A stretch of 64,000 nucleotides of DNA from Bacteroidales bacterium (GCA_038210985.1 JBBQWB010000002.1:499-64498), one strand, 5' to 3'; counted from the stretch's first letter, positions 27,333 to 38,653 are shown. The notes: generated by a model from the sequence alone, not told the origin. Numbers and translations: made by a program.

Positions 27333-29195
27333 ATGGATTCAAAAACAGACAAAAAGCTGTTTGAGGAATTTCCGGGAATCTCCACTCAGGAATGGGAAAA
27401 GCTGATTAACGACGACCTCAAAGGTGCTGATTATGAAAAGAAACTGGTTTGGAAAACCGACGAAGGTATTTCTATTAAGCCGTATTACAGAGCCGAAGAT
27501 TTGGAAAAACTGGAATACTTAAATCAATGTCCAAATACTTATGCCTATGTTCGTGGTAACAAAACCCACAACAATAATTGGATAATTGTACAGGAAATTT
27601 CCGAACCCGACCCAATTAAAGCCAATAAAATTGCCGTAAATGCTTTAACTCGTGGTGCCGAATCGGTATGTTTTAATGCTTCAAAACTTAATAGTGCAGC
27701 AGAAATGCATAATTTACTTAAAGAAATTAATCCGGAAACCAGCGGAATTTCGTTTAAGCATGCTGTGTCGTATCCTGCTTTAATCGATTTATTTGTTGCA
27801 GAATTGAAAAATCAAAATATAGATTTATCAAAAGTTACGGGTTCAATCGACTTTGACCCAATAAACTATCTTTTGTTACATACAAAGTTTTATACAAATC
27901 AAGAAAACGATTTAAACGAAACTCTTTATTCCATAAAAACAATTTCCGAAAATCTTCCTAATTATAAGTCGTTAAGAGTAAATGCTACAACCTTGCATAA
28001 TTGCGGTGCTAACATTGTTCAGGAAATGGCTTATGCGTTGGCTTGGGGAAACGATTATTTGTCGAATGCTGTTGCCAAAGGAACAGCCATCGACAAAGTA
28101 GCTAATTCCATTGAATTTAGTTTTGGAATAGGAAGCAATTACTTCCTGGAAATTGCCAAATTCCGTGCTGTGCGTATGTTGTGGGCTATGATAGTGGAAC
28201 AATACAATCCATTAAATGAAGAGTCTAAAAAAATGAAAATTCATGCCGACAGTTCGCTTTGGAATAAGTCGTTGTACGATCCAAATATAAATATACTTCG
28301 CGTAACAACCGAAGGAATGTCGGCTGCTATTGCAGGTTGCGACAGCATTACATTACATCCATTCGATAAATCGTTTAAAAACGAAAATGAATTTTCGAGT
28401 CGAATTGCTCGAAACGTACAATTGGTATTAAAACACGAATCCTATTTTGATAAAGTAATCGATCCTTCAGCAGGTTCGTACTATATCGAAAACATAACCG
28501 ATCAATTGGCTGAACAGGCTTGGAAGCTTTTCCAAAAAGTAGAAAATGAAGGCGGATTTATTAAAAATACAGAAAATAAAAATATTTTAACCGATATTGA
28601 AAAAATCGCTTCTAAACGAAATATGGATGTTGCTACTCGTAAAACGATTGTGTTAGGAACCAATCAATATCCAAATACAGCAGAACGTTTGCATGATGCA
28701 ATTGAAATAGAAGGAACATCCAATTATACTGGATTAAAGCCATATCGTAGAGCCCAAGGTTTTGAACAACTACGTTTTGCAACCGAAGCCTTTGAAAAAC
28801 AAAATGGTCGTTGTCCGCTTGTTTTTTTACTTACCATTGGTAATTTAGGGATGCGAAAAGCACGTGCAAGTTTTGCTACTAATTTCTTTGGCTGTGCCGG
28901 ATATGAAATTATTGATAATTTAGGATTCAAATCAGCGGAAGCTGGTGTTGAAAAAGCAATGTCCTATAAGTCTGATATTATTGTAGTGTGTAGCTCCGAC
29001 GAAGAGTATGCCGATTTAGTTCCTGCCATTAAAGCGGAGCTGGATAAATTGGCTTCAAAAGCAATCGTAGTTATTGCGGGATATCCAAAAGAGTTATTGG
29101 ATTCATTTAAAGAAATTGGCGTAGATAAATTTATTCATGTACGTTCAAATCTTCTGGAAGAATTAATCCAATACAATAAATTAATTGGAATTTAA
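27333..29195 (+). CDS. mutA: Methylmalonyl-CoA mutase small (beta) subunit
   Basis: N-terminus [43 protein letters not shown] is typical of MutA. It lacks the B12-binding DxHxxG but keeps the C-terminal Rossmann-like domain. It abuts mutB. Confidence 0.85.
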   Translation: MDSKTDKKLFEEFPGISTQEWEKLINDDLKGADYEKKLVWKTDEGISIKPYYRAEDLEKLEYLNQCPNTYAYVRGNKTHNNNWIIVQEISEPDPIKANKIAVNALTRGAESVCFNASKLNSAAEMHNLLKEINPETSGISFKHAVSYPALIDLFVAELKNQNIDLSKVTGSIDFDPINYLLLHTKFYTNQENDLNETLYSIKTISENLPNYKSLRVNATTLHNCGANIVQEMAYALAWGNDYLSNAVAKGTAIDKVANSIEFSFGIGSNYFLEIAKFRAVRMLWAMIVEQYNPLNEESKKMKIHADSSLWNKSLYDPNINILRVTTEGMSAAIAGCDSITLHPFDKSFKNENEFSSRIARNVQLVLKHESYFDKVIDPSAGSYYIENITDQLAEQAWKLFQKVENEGGFIKNTENKNILTDIEKIASKRNMDVATRKTIVLGTNQYPNTAERLHDAIEIEGTSNYTGLKPYRRAQGFEQLRFATEAFEKQNGRCPLVFLLTIGNLGMRKARASFATNFFGCAGYEIIDNLGFKSAEAGVEKAMSYKSDIIVVCSSDEEYADLVPAIKAELDKLASKAIVVIAGYPKELLDSFKEIGVDKFIHVRSNLLEELIQYNKLIGI

Positions 29196-29214
29196 TCAAT
29201 TTAAAACAAAAAGA

Positions 29215-31362
29215 ATGAAACCAGATTTCAGTAAATTATCATATAAACCAATACTATCCGAAAAGAAAAGTTTTTCGGAATGGGAAATAGAACAAGGCAT
29301 TCAAAACGATTGGCTTACTCCCGAAAACATTCATGTTAAACCGGTTTACGGTTCAACCGACTTAGATGGCATGGAACATTTAAACTATGCTGCCGGTATT
29401 GCTCCTTTTTTGCGTGGACCATATTCTACCATGTATGTAAATAAACCGTGGACCATTCGTCAATATGCAGGTTTTTCAACTGCCGAAGAATCCAATGCAT
29501 TTTATCGTCGTAATATCGCTGCTGGACAAAAAGGTTTGTCGGTTGCATTCGACTTAGCAACTCATCGTGGATACGATTCCGATCATGAGCGTGTGGTTGG
29601 CGATGTTGGAAAAGCAGGTGTTGCCATCGATTCAATTTTAGACATGAAAGTGTTATTTGACGAAATTCCGTTGGATAAAATGTCGGTTTCGATGACCATG
29701 AATGGTGCTGTATTACCAATTTTAGCATTCTATATTGTGGCTGCCGAAGAACAAGGTGTGAGTTTGGAACAACTTAACGGAACCATTCAAAACGACATTT
29801 TAAAAGAGTTTATGGTTCGTAATACATATATTTACCCACCCGAACCATCCATGCGGATTATCGCCGATATTTTTCAGTTTACTTCGCAAAATATGCCAAA
29901 GTTTAACTCCATTTCTATTTCGGGTTACCACATGCAAGAAGCCGGTGCTACTTGCGATATCGAAATGGCTTATACCCTTGCTGATGGTTTAGAATACCTT
30001 CGAACTGGAGTTAATTCGGGTATGAATATCGACCAATTTGCTCCTCGTTTATCTTTTTTTTGGGCTATTGGAATGAACCATTTTACCGAAATTGCCAAAA
30101 TGCGTGCTGCTCGTATGATTTGGTCGAAAATTGTGAAACAATTTAATCCAAAAAATCCAAAATCTTTGGCCCTTCGCACGCATTCGCAAACTTCGGGATG
30201 GAGTTTAACCGAACAAGATCCGTTTAACAATGTATCTCGTACATGCATCGAGGCAATGGCTTCGGCATTAGGACACACACAGTCGTTACACACAAACGCT
30301 TTAGACGAAGCAATTGCACTTCCAACCGACTTTAGTGCTCGTATTGCTCGAAATACTCAAATTTATTTACAAGAAGAAACAAATATTTGTAAAGCCGTTG
30401 ACCCATGGGCTGGTTCGTATTATGTGGAAAGTCTTACACACGAAATTGCACGCCGTGCATGGATGTTAATCGAAGAAGTGGAAAAACTTGGTGGAATGGC
30501 AAAAGCCATCGAATCAGGCATTCCTAAAATGCGTATCGAAGAAGCTTCTGCTCGCAAACAAGCTCGTATCGACTCAGGTAAAGATATTATTGTGGGTGTG
30601 AATAAATACCGCTTGGAAAAAGAAGATCCAATTGAAACCTTAGAAGTTGACAATACAGCGGTTAGACTTTCACAGATTAAACGCTTGGAACAATTAAGAG
30701 CCGAACGCAATCAGGAGGAGGTAAATGCAGCTTTAGAGGCGATTACCGAAAGTGCTAAAACAGGCAAAGGAAATCTATTGGAATTAGCCATTGTGGCTGC
30801 TCGCAAAAGAGCTACTTTAGGCGAAATCTCGACTGCAATGGAAAAAATATATGGACGTTATAAAGCAAAAATTAATTTAATTTCAGGCGTGTATTCATCA
30901 GAAACAAAAGACAATAGCAGCTTTAAGAAAGCGTGTGAGTTAGCGGACAAGTTCGCCGAAAAAGAGGGACGTCGTCCTCGTATTATGATTGCTAAAATGG
31001 GACAAGATGGTCACGACCGTGGTGCAAAAGTAGTTGCAACTGGATATGCAGATATCGGTTTTGATGTGGATATGGGACCATTGTTTCAAACTCCTGCCGA
31101 AGCTGCCCGTCAAGCGGTTGAAAACGATGTGCATGTAGTTGGCGTTTCGTCGCTTGCTGCAGGACACAAAACATTGGTGCCACAAATTATCGATGAGCTG
31201 AAAAAACTTGGACGCGAAGATATTATGGTTATTGTAGGTGGCGTTATTCCTCCTCAGGACTATGACTTCCTTTACAAAGCCGGTGCTGCTGCCATTTTTG
31301 GACCTGGTTCTATCATCTCCGAATGTGCTATCCAAATGCTGAATTTAATGATGGAAGATTAA
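29215..31362 (+). CDS. mutB: Methylmalonyl-CoA mutase large (alpha) subunit, adenosylcobalamin-dependent
   Basis: [61 protein letters not shown]-terminal B12-binding motif [13 protein letters not shown]. The start is taken at ATG 29215 (MKPDFSKL). The ORF-track start at 29185 is a TTG inside the mutA 3' end. Confidence 0.93.
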   Translation: MKPDFSKLSYKPILSEKKSFSEWEIEQGIQNDWLTPENIHVKPVYGSTDLDGMEHLNYAAGIAPFLRGPYSTMYVNKPWTIRQYAGFSTAEESNAFYRRNIAAGQKGLSVAFDLATHRGYDSDHERVVGDVGKAGVAIDSILDMKVLFDEIPLDKMSVSMTMNGAVLPILAFYIVAAEEQGVSLEQLNGTIQNDILKEFMVRNTYIYPPEPSMRIIADIFQFTSQNMPKFNSISISGYHMQEAGATCDIEMAYTLADGLEYLRTGVNSGMNIDQFAPRLSFFWAIGMNHFTEIAKMRAARMIWSKIVKQFNPKNPKSLALRTHSQTSGWSLTEQDPFNNVSRTCIEAMASALGHTQSLHTNALDEAIALPTDFSARIARNTQIYLQEETNICKAVDPWAGSYYVESLTHEIARRAWMLIEEVEKLGGMAKAIESGIPKMRIEEASARKQARIDSGKDIIVGVNKYRLEKEDPIETLEVDNTAVRLSQIKRLEQLRAERNQEEVNAALEAITESAKTGKGNLLELAIVAARKRATLGEISTAMEKIYGRYKAKINLISGVYSSETKDNSSFKKACELADKFAEKEGRRPRIMIAKMGQDGHDRGAKVVATGYADIGFDVDMGPLFQTPAEAARQAVENDVHVVGVSSLAAGHKTLVPQIIDELKKLGREDIMVIVGGVIPPQDYDFLYKAGAAAIFGPGSIISECAIQMLNLMMED

Positions 31363-31381
31363 AATTTGAATTTACAAAAAA

Positions 31382-31420
31382 TCGAGGGCGTGGCTTTTTG
31401 CCTATGCCCTCGAAATTTTT
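31382..31420 (+). terminator. Rho-independent terminator after mutB
   Basis: tcgagggc ... gccctcga stem followed by aaattttt. Confidence 0.7.
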
Positions 31421-31486
31421 AAAACAAAAAATCCACATTCATACCTTTTATGTATTTTTGGCGTTTGAAATAGAAACTAAATTGTA

Positions 31487-32944
31487 ATGAGGAAATTTTT
31501 CAGAGTTTTATCGGTTTGCTTTTTTATTCTACTTGTTTTTTCTGCTTGCCGAAAAGAAGATGTTTTTAACAAAGATGCTAACGCAAAATTGAATTTTTCG
31601 GAAGATTTAATTTGCTTTGATACTATTTTTACAACCATAACAACTGCTACTCGCCAATTAATGGTGTATAATCCATACTCCGAATCGATAATCATATCGT
31701 CTATTTATTTAGCGGGTTTGCAACAATCATATTTCAGTATTAATGTAAATGGTAAGTCGGGTGTCTCTTTTACCGATGTCGAAATTCGCCCAAAGGACAG
31801 TTTATATATTTTTGTTCAAGCTAAAATTAATCCAAACAATCAAAATAATCCTTTGCTAATTGGCGATTCTATTGTTTTTAGTACAAATGGAAATATTCAG
31901 GATATTGATTTGTTAGCTTATGGGCAAGATGCAAATTTTATTATTGCAGATACTTATCGAACGGGATTGCCACCCTATAAAATTGTTGCCAACGAAGGTC
32001 AAACCGTAAATTGGGATAACTCAAAACCTTATGTAATTTATGGTTATGCCGTAATTGATTCGGTGGGAAGTTTGCGAATTCCTGCCGGAACGCAAATTTA
32101 TTTGCACAAAAATGCGGGTATTTGGGTGTATAAAGGTGGAAATATTCAAGTAAATGGGACTAAAGATATGCCGGTTGTTTTTCAGGGCGATAGGAGAGAA
32201 GCTTGGTACACAGATGCTCCAGGTCAGTGGGACAGAATTTGGATAAACGAAGGAGCAAATGACAATATAATTAATCATGCAATTATAAAAAACTCATTTA
32301 TTGGAATTCAAGCCGAAACCATCGATGAACCAATGGGAAACAAATTGATTCTTGAAAATACTCGAATTTTAAATGCTTCAGGAATTGGACTTTTAAGCCG
32401 AAACTATAAAATTGATGCAAATAATAACCTAATTGCAAATTGCGGTCAGTACTGTGTTGCACTTACTTACGGAGGTACATACCAATTTATCAATAATACA
32501 TTTGCTGATTTTTGGACCGAAACAGTGCGGCAAACTCCATTGTTTTATATGAATAATTTTTTGGAAACATCTACTCAAATATATATTAACGATTTGCAAC
32601 TAACAGTAGCTAATTCAATTATTTATGGTAGTAATGCAAATGAGTTTGAAATGGAGAAAAAACCAAATACGTTGTACAATTATCTATTTGACCATTGTAT
32701 CATTCGAACCGAATTGAACATTTCAAGCGATGCCGGATTTGTAAGTTGCAAAAAAAATGCAAATCCTTCTTTTATCGACCAATCGGTGGCAAATTATAAT
32801 ATTCCTTCATCCTCGCCAGCGGTTAACGCAGGTAGCGAAGTTTACTTGCCAATGGTAGGATTTGATATAAATGAAAATCCTCGTTCATCGCCACCCGATA
32901 TTGGTGCTTTTGAATATACTCCAAACGGAAATAAAAATCGTTAG
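31487..32944 (+). CDS. Lipoprotein with a predicted right-handed parallel beta-helix fold
   Basis: Lipobox LLVFSAC. Repetitive N/G-rich beta-helix-like segments (NHAIIKNSFIGIQ, ILNASGIGLL). C-terminal PPDIGAFEY motif, common in this protein class. Confidence 0.6.
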   Translation: MRKFFRVLSVCFFILLVFSACRKEDVFNKDANAKLNFSEDLICFDTIFTTITTATRQLMVYNPYSESIIISSIYLAGLQQSYFSINVNGKSGVSFTDVEIRPKDSLYIFVQAKINPNNQNNPLLIGDSIVFSTNGNIQDIDLLAYGQDANFIIADTYRTGLPPYKIVANEGQTVNWDNSKPYVIYGYAVIDSVGSLRIPAGTQIYLHKNAGIWVYKGGNIQVNGTKDMPVVFQGDRREAWYTDAPGQWDRIWINEGANDNIINHAIIKNSFIGIQAETIDEPMGNKLILENTRILNASGIGLLSRNYKIDANNNLIANCGQYCVALTYGGTYQFINNTFADFWTETVRQTPLFYMNNFLETSTQIYINDLQLTVANSIIYGSNANEFEMEKKPNTLYNYLFDHCIIRTELNISSDAGFVSCKKNANPSFIDQSVANYNIPSSSPAVNAGSEVYLPMVGFDINENPRSSPPDIGAFEYTPNGNKNR

Positions 32945-32979
32945 TCGCAGATTGGGTTTTTTCGCTTAATTTTGTCCAA

Positions 32980-33780
32980 ATGAATTCAACAAAAACCATA
33001 AAAAACATAATGCTGATTGGCGCTGGTAATGTGGCACATCATATTGGTAAACGATTTGTTGAATGTGGGTTTTCAATTTCATACGTAATCAGTCGAAATA
33101 TTAAAAATGCCAATAAATTAACCGAAATTATTGGTGGTGTGGCACTCGATTCAATTCCAAATCCAATCAATTCGGTCGATTTAATTGTGATTTCGGTAAA
33201 CGATAGCGAATATCAAGGTATTATTCAAAAATTAAATCCCGATAGTAATATTTTAGTTTTGCACACTTCGGGTTCGATAGCGTTGGATGTTTTTGATGGA
33301 AAAAATTTCGATTATGGAGTTTTATATCCATTTCAAACGTTTTCAAAAAACCGAGAAGTAGATTTTGCTAAAGTACCGCTGTTTATTGAAGCAAAAAATG
33401 AGGTGATATATCGTAAAATCGAAAAAATCGCATGTAAATTATCCGAAAAAGTCTTGAATGTTAGCTCGCTTGAAAGGTCTTATATTCATTTGGCAGCGGT
33501 TTTTGCGTGTAATTTTGTAAATCATCTTTTAGTGGAAGCAAAAGATATTTTGGATAAACAAAATATTGATTTTTCAGTATTAAAACCATTGATTATTGAA
33601 ACCATTAATAAAGCAATGGAAACTTCTCCGTTTGAAGCACAAACGGGTCCGGCAATCCGAAACGATGAAAATATCATACAAAAACATTTGAGTTTGTTGG
33701 ATAATGAAAAGCAAAAAGAACTGTATTTAGGGATTAGTAATTTAATAATAGAAAAACATTCAAAAAATGATAAACTATAA
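32980..33780 (+). CDS. Rossmann-fold / DUF2520 domain protein (putative NAD(P)-dependent oxidoreductase)
   Basis: IMLIGAGNVAHHIGKRF dinucleotide-binding motif. C-terminal LAAVFACNFVNHLL and QTGPAIRNDENIIQKHL, typical of DUF2520. Confidence 0.7.
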   Translation: MNSTKTIKNIMLIGAGNVAHHIGKRFVECGFSISYVISRNIKNANKLTEIIGGVALDSIPNPINSVDLIVISVNDSEYQGIIQKLNPDSNILVLHTSGSIALDVFDGKNFDYGVLYPFQTFSKNREVDFAKVPLFIEAKNEVIYRKIEKIACKLSEKVLNVSSLERSYIHLAAVFACNFVNHLLVEAKDILDKQNIDFSVLKPLIIETINKAMETSPFEAQTGPAIRNDENIIQKHLSLLDNEKQKELYLGISNLIIEKHSKNDKL

Positions 33781-34288
33781 GGAAAAATTAATTAATATCA
33801 CTACACTAATATTCGATTTTGATGGCGTTTTAACAGATGGAAAAGTATTGGTAATGCCTGATGGCGAACAACTTCGAATGTCGAATGTTCGAGATGGTTA
33901 TGCCATTCAGTTAGCCATAAAAAAAGGACTAAATATTGCCATTATAAGTGGCGGTAGGTCGGTGTCGATGCAAAAACGTTTTGAAGCATTAAATTTAATA
34001 GATGTTTATTTAGGCGTGGATAATAAATTTGATAAATTTGAGACGTATTTGAAAAGTAAAAATTTAACCGCTGATGAAGTGTTATATATGGGCGATGATA
34101 TTCCCGATTTTCATGTTATGAAAGCCTCGGCTTTAGCTATTTGCCCTGCCGATGCTGCCGAAGAAATAAAAGCCATATCTCATTATATTTCAAAATTTAA
34201 AGGAGGCGAAGGTTGCGTTAGGGATATAATTGAACAGGTGTTAAAAGTAAAAGGATTGTGGTTTGATGAAGAAGCGTTTGCTTGGTAA
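33767..34288 (+). CDS. kdsC: HAD-IIIA hydrolase, KDO 8-phosphate phosphatase (KdsC-like)
   Basis: FDFDGVLTDGKV (motif I), YMGDDIPD (motif III), GGEGCVRDIIEQVL C-terminus. Confidence 0.8.
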   Translation: MINYKEKLINITTLIFDFDGVLTDGKVLVMPDGEQLRMSNVRDGYAIQLAIKKGLNIAIISGGRSVSMQKRFEALNLIDVYLGVDNKFDKFETYLKSKNLTADEVLYMGDDIPDFHVMKASALAICPADAAEEIKAISHYISKFKGGEGCVRDIIEQVLKVKGLWFDEEAFAW

Positions 34289-34308
34289 TTTTTAAAAACG
34301 AAAATTAA

Positions 34309-35262
34309 ATGAAAAAACTAATGAATTATTTAAAATTGTTGCGAATTCAAAATCTAATTATTGTTGTTGTTACGCTTTATGTTTTTCGGATTTTTGTTTT
34401 TGCACCATATTATGACATGTGTGGCTATTTGCCTTTTTTAAACGATTTTTATTTCTTGTTATTAGTGTTTGCTATTGTGTTGATGACCGCTGGGGGTTAT
34501 GTTATTAACGATTATTTTGACCAAACAATTGATGGAATTAATAAGCCCGAAAAACAAATTGTAGGTACGATAATTAAACCTAAAAATGCTCAAAACTTGT
34601 TTTATATTCTATCAGCTTTAAGTTTTTTTATTGGGGCTGTTTTAGCATGGAAAGTTGGTTTTTTGAATCTTGCAACGATACCTCTAATTACAGCCATTAT
34701 GTTATGGTACTATTCTTTTAAATATAAACGCATTTTTTTGTGGGGTAATCTTGTAGTGGCATTTTTAAGTGGTTTTGTAATAATCAGTTATTGGTTATTT
34801 GAGTTTTTTGCAATGAAAAATTCAATTTATGGTTTTATCGATTGTCAAAAAAACTTTAGTTTTATCACAAAGATTAGTTTTATATATTTTGCTTTTGCTT
34901 TTTTAATTAGTTTGATTCGTGAAATTGTTAAAGATGTGGAAGATATAGAGGGCGATAAAGTGGCAAATCGTCAAACTTTACCAATTAAATTAGGAATTGA
35001 TAAAACAAAGTCAGTTTTGTATGCTCTTTTAGGAGTTTTTCTGATATTTGTACTAACTATTCAGGTTTTAATTTATATTGCTGGCAACGAATGGCTTGCA
35101 ACGTATGGTTTTGTAATGATTACTGCTCCAATAATTTATGTTTTGGTTAAATTATTTGTTGCTAAAACAAAAGAAGATTTTAAATTTCTGTCGGGAGTGC
35201 TAAAATTCACCATGTTAATGGGGATAATTTTATTAATCATTCATCGATATATAATGCTATGA
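34309..35262 (+). CDS. UbiA-family integral-membrane prenyltransferase
   Basis: About 8 TM helices. Asp-rich motifs NDYFDQTID and KDVEDIEGDK. Confidence 0.8.
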   Translation: MKKLMNYLKLLRIQNLIIVVVTLYVFRIFVFAPYYDMCGYLPFLNDFYFLLLVFAIVLMTAGGYVINDYFDQTIDGINKPEKQIVGTIIKPKNAQNLFYILSALSFFIGAVLAWKVGFLNLATIPLITAIMLWYYSFKYKRIFLWGNLVVAFLSGFVIISYWLFEFFAMKNSIYGFIDCQKNFSFITKISFIYFAFAFLISLIREIVKDVEDIEGDKVANRQTLPIKLGIDKTKSVLYALLGVFLIFVLTIQVLIYIAGNEWLATYGFVMITAPIIYVLVKLFVAKTKEDFKFLSGVLKFTMLMGIILLIIHRYIML

Positions 35263-35849
35263 TTTTACATGAATTTATAAACTTAAATAAAAAACTGGTT
35301 TTAGGTTCTGCATCTCCTCGCCGCAAAGAGTTATTGTCCGATATGGGTTTTAATTTTGAGGTTCGTACTTCGGAAATGGAGGAAATACTTAATTCATCGG
35401 ATAAGCCCGAAAATATTGTCATGTCTTTAGCTGAGCAAAAGTCGGAATCCATATGGATAAAAACGCAGGACGAAATATTAATTACTGCTGATACCATTGT
35501 TGTTTTCAATAATAAAATATTGGGAAAACCAGCCGATTATGATCATGCGTTTGAAATGTTATCCATGCTTTCGGGTCAAATCCATGAAGTATATACAGGT
35601 ATTTGCATCCGTTCGTTCGAAAAAAGAATAATGAATTTTGCCAAAACGGAAGTAAAGTTTAAGCCAATTTCAGATGAAGAAATCAACTATTACATCACCC
35701 GTTACAAACCATTCGACAAAGCTGGTGCATATGGTATTCAGGAGTGGTTGGGTTTTCATAAAATCGAAAAAATAAATGGATCTTATTATAATGTAGTTGG
35801 CTTGCCATGTGTTTCAATATCCGAAATGCTTCATGAGTTTATTCTATAA
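35259..35849 (+). CDS. maf: Maf-family nucleoside triphosphate pyrophosphatase
   Basis: LVLGSASPRRKELL, ITADTIV, KAGAYGIQ motifs. ATGA overlap with the upstream gene. Confidence 0.88.
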   Translation: MILHEFINLNKKLVLGSASPRRKELLSDMGFNFEVRTSEMEEILNSSDKPENIVMSLAEQKSESIWIKTQDEILITADTIVVFNNKILGKPADYDHAFEMLSMLSGQIHEVYTGICIRSFEKRIMNFAKTEVKFKPISDEEINYYITRYKPFDKAGAYGIQEWLGFHKIEKINGSYYNVVGLPCVSISEMLHEFIL

Positions 35850-35867
35850 TTGTTGGAAATATTGATG

Positions 35868-35927
35868 TGCGAAGTTTGAAACTTTGCGATGCTCTTTTCT
35901 TCATGTGCGAAGTTGGATACTTCGCAC
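35868..35927 (+). terminator. Two adjacent stem-loops sharing the tgcgaagtt arm after maf (REP-like, possible terminator)
   Basis: gcgaagttt-g-aaactttgcg forms an imperfect hairpin. gtgcgaagt-tggat-acttcgcac (35905-35927) forms a perfect 9-bp stem. There is no strong T-tract. Confidence 0.4.
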
Positions 35928-36263
35928 CGCTTCGTTCTTATTGATTTTACACCAAACATGAAAGTGCTTTTTAAATAAATTTTCTTCTTAAAAATTAAAT
36001 TCTAGCAATATATTTAGATTATTCAACACTGCTGCCTGATGTGAATTTTGATATCTATTATAAAGTGTTGTATAATAAGGTTATAGGTGAACTGGCGGAA
36101 AGTAGGATTTGTTTTTGTATGTTTTAAAAACATAGATTTCCCGCAATTTATTGCACACTTTTTCGCCAGCTGACAAATGTAAAATACTGAAAATCAATTC
36201 ATTCTTTAGGATTGTGACAAAAATTGATTGAAGTGATTTACACTTATCGCACAATTTATTTTT

Positions 36264-36284
36264 TTTATCGGACAATAGTGATTA
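36264..36284 (+). promoter_or_regulatory. Conserved 21-nt motif tttatcggacaatagtgatta upstream of efp (identical copy at 56233-56253)
   Basis: Exact 21-nt identity between the two loci on the same strand. A related half-site cttatcgcacaat lies 21 nt upstream (36243-36255). Confidence 0.5.
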
Positions 36285-36300
36285 TTTAATTTTTTATCCT

Positions 36301-36308
36301 TAATTTTG
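36301..36308 (+). promoter_or_regulatory. Candidate -7 promoter box TAATTTTG for efp
   Basis: It matches the Bacteroidota TAnnTTTG consensus, 32 nt upstream of the efp ATG. Confidence 0.35.
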
Positions 36309-36339
36309 TCAGGCTAAAACAAATAAAAAAGAACACTTT

Positions 36340-36909
36340 ATGGCTACAACAGCAGATTTTAGAAATGGACTGTGTATTGAATTTAACAATGAACTTTGGA
36401 TAATTAACGAATTTATGCATGTCAAACCTGGGAAAGGTCCCGCTTTTGTTCGTACAAGAATAAAAAACTTAAAAACTGGTAGAGTGTTGGAAAACACCTT
36501 TACATCTGGTGTTAAAATTGATATTGCTCGCGTGGAACGCAGACCTTATCAGTTTTTATATAAAGAAGGAAATAGCTCGTACAACTTTATGCACATGGAA
36601 ACATACGAACAGCTTATTATTGAAGAAGAATTGATTAATAATTCGGGTTTATTAAAAGAAGGACAAGTGGTTGAAATTCTTTATCATGTAGATACCGAAA
36701 CACCACTAACATGCGAATTACCATCTTTTGTTGATTTAATTATTACATACACCGAACCTGGTGTTAAAGGTGATACTGCAACGAATGCTGCCAAAAGAGC
36801 TACCGTTGAAACTGGTGCCGAAGTAATGGTTCCTCTTTTTATCAACGAAGGTGAAAAAATAAAAGTGGATACACGTACTAATAAATATTCCGAACGCGTT
36901 AAAGAATAA
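36340..36909 (+). CDS. efp: Translation elongation factor P
   Basis: [51 protein letters not shown]. Length 189 aa. Confidence 0.95.
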   Translation: MATTADFRNGLCIEFNNELWIINEFMHVKPGKGPAFVRTRIKNLKTGRVLENTFTSGVKIDIARVERRPYQFLYKEGNSSYNFMHMETYEQLIIEEELINNSGLLKEGQVVEILYHVDTETPLTCELPSFVDLIITYTEPGVKGDTATNAAKRATVETGAEVMVPLFINEGEKIKVDTRTNKYSERVKE

Positions 36910-36913
36910 TAAA

Positions 36914-36936
36914 AAGCCCTCTTAAAGGGCTTTTTA
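36914..36936 (+). terminator. Rho-independent terminator after efp
   Basis: aagccct-cttaa-agggctt followed by a tttt run. Confidence 0.8.
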
Positions 36937-36950
36937 TTTGAAACTATATT

Positions 36951-37910
36951 ATGAAATTTGACATTACTTATTCTATTCCTCAAATTGTTGAAATAATTGG
37001 AGCACATGCGGTTGTTTCTGGTTCAAGTTCAATTCCAGTAAAAGGCATCAACGAAATCCATATGGTTGAAGAGGGAGACATTACTTTTGTGGATCATCCA
37101 AAATATTACGACAAAGCATTAAATTCAAAAGCAACCATAATTATTATCAACAAAGAAGTTGATTGTCCAGAAGGCAAAGTGTTGATTATTTCGGACGATT
37201 CTTTTCGGGATTATAACAAAATTGTACTTTACTTCCGAAAATTTGAATCGGCAAATCAACTCATAAGTAATTCGGCAATTATTGGCGAAAATACAGTAAT
37301 TCAGCCTGGTGCATTTGTGGGTAATCATGTTAAAATTGGAAAAAACTGTATCATTCATTCAAATGCTAGCATTTATGACCATTGTGTTATTGGGGATAAT
37401 GTTATTATTCATTCAAATTGTGTAATTGGAGCCGATGCCTATTATTTTAAAAAGCGTCCTGAAAAATGGGATAAAATGAATTCGTGTGGTAGGGTAATTA
37501 TTGAAGACGATGTTGAATTAGGTGCCATGTGTACAATCGATCGTGGAGTTTCGGGCGATACCATAATTGGCAAAGGAAGCAAATTTGATAACCATGCACA
37601 CGTTGGTCACGACACTAAAATCGGAAAATTATGTTTAATTGGTGCTCATTGTGCTATTGCTGGTGTAACAGTAATTGAGGATGAGTGCCTGATTTGGGCT
37701 AAAGTTGCTATAAATAAAGAATTGGTAATTGGAAAAGGCTCCGTAATTTTAGCTACTTCGGCATTAGATAAAAACACCGAAGGAAATGGAAAAGTTTATT
37801 TTGGAACACCTGCCGACGACGCTCGTAAAAAATGGAGAGAATTGGCTGCTTTACGTCAGCTTCCTGATTTTATGTCGGAAGTTAGACGCTTTTTGAATAA
37901 ACAAAAATAA
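36951..37910 (+). CDS. lpxD: UDP-3-O-acylglucosamine N-acyltransferase (LpxD)
   Basis: N-terminal uridine-binding domain (DITFVDHPKYYDKA). Hexapeptide left-handed beta-helix repeats (IGENTVIQPGAFVGNHVKIGKNCIIHSNASIYDHCVIGDNVIIHSNCVIG). C-terminal helix. Confidence 0.8.
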   Translation: MKFDITYSIPQIVEIIGAHAVVSGSSSIPVKGINEIHMVEEGDITFVDHPKYYDKALNSKATIIIINKEVDCPEGKVLIISDDSFRDYNKIVLYFRKFESANQLISNSAIIGENTVIQPGAFVGNHVKIGKNCIIHSNASIYDHCVIGDNVIIHSNCVIGADAYYFKKRPEKWDKMNSCGRVIIEDDVELGAMCTIDRGVSGDTIIGKGSKFDNHAHVGHDTKIGKLCLIGAHCAIAGVTVIEDECLIWAKVAINKELVIGKGSVILATSALDKNTEGNGKVYFGTPADDARKKWRELAALRQLPDFMSEVRRFLNKQK

Positions 37911-37929
37911 AATTTTGGAAGATTTGTTT

Positions 37930-37950
37930 GTTCGGATTACAAATCCGAAC
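37930..37950. repeat. REP-like palindrome gttcggatt-aca-aatccgaac
   Basis: Perfect 9-bp stem. A near-identical palindrome (gctcggatt-tgc-aatccgagc) lies at 39696-39716. Confidence 0.7.
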
Positions 37951-38054
37951 TAGCCTGAAATAAAATAGGTTTGAAATTCTAAATGAGAATTAAGCCTCAA
38001 ATATTTATTAAAAACGCAGTACAGCAATGTACTCCGTTTTTAATAAAATTATTT

Positions 38055-38636
38055 TTAATCCTTCTTTTTCGGTTTATAATTTATCACAAATCTAGGAATA
38101 TTAATATCCTCTTTATTTATTTCAACAAATTCGATTAACTCGTAAGTCCAATCATCTACCGAAAAATACAGAGGGATTCCATCAATGTCTTTAAAAACTC
38201 GAGAATAATTATGTTTTTTACTTCCAATTTTTGGATTGTAGTAAACTGTCCAAACAAAACTATTACTGTCTTTATCCAAGGTTTCCATGATTGCTTTTTG
38301 GCATTTTATTCCTGCAAATGATGCGGTATCCTTAGTGTAAAAAGTTGTTTTTATTTTCTTGTATTCTACCAACAGTTCTTTTTCGAGTGTTTTATTCACT
38401 ACAACTTGTGTGTCATTCCCGATAATCCAGTAATTTTTATTTTTAATTAAATCATGAAAACTTGCCCTGTCTTTAATAATTCCAGATGCATACCAAATGG
38501 TATCGTTCGGATAAGTTTTTCCTCCTCTAATTTGCTTATATACAAGTCTGCCCGAAGAAAAATTAGACTGGGAAAAAACCGATATATTTAGACATAAAAA
38601 TAACGTAATAATCAGTCTTAATAATAATTTTTTCAT
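38055..38636 (-). CDS. Hypothetical secreted protein (weak resemblance to the GLPGLI paralogous family)
   Basis: Signal peptide MKKLLLRLIITLFLCLNISVFSQ. The segment FAGIKCQKA...WTVYYNPKI...DGIPLYF loosely parallels the GLPGLI-family layout. The gene is visibly AT-rich. Confidence 0.5.
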   Translation of the reverse strand: MKKLLLRLIITLFLCLNISVFSQSNFSSGRLVYKQIRGGKTYPNDTIWYASGIIKDRASFHDLIKNKNYWIIGNDTQVVVNKTLEKELLVEYKKIKTTFYTKDTASFAGIKCQKAIMETLDKDSNSFVWTVYYNPKIGSKKHNYSRVFKDIDGIPLYFSVDDWTYELIEFVEINKEDINIPRFVINYKPKKKD

Positions 38637-38653
38637 ATATTAAATTTAGAAAT

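Noticed and set aside
35331-35343. Reverse-complement match (ttattgtccgata) to the core of the 21-nt motif, inside maf
   Set aside because: Only about 12 nt match. It lies within well-supported coding sequence (KELLSDMGF) on the opposite strand, so it is treated as coincidence.
36081-36275. 64-aa minus-strand ORF upstream of efp, and the analogous 67-aa ORF at 56085-56288
   Set aside because: Both use non-ATG starts, run through REP-like motifs and the 21-nt conserved motif, and contain the typical repeat-derived peptide strings (for example SFRAKRRI). They are most likely non-coding.
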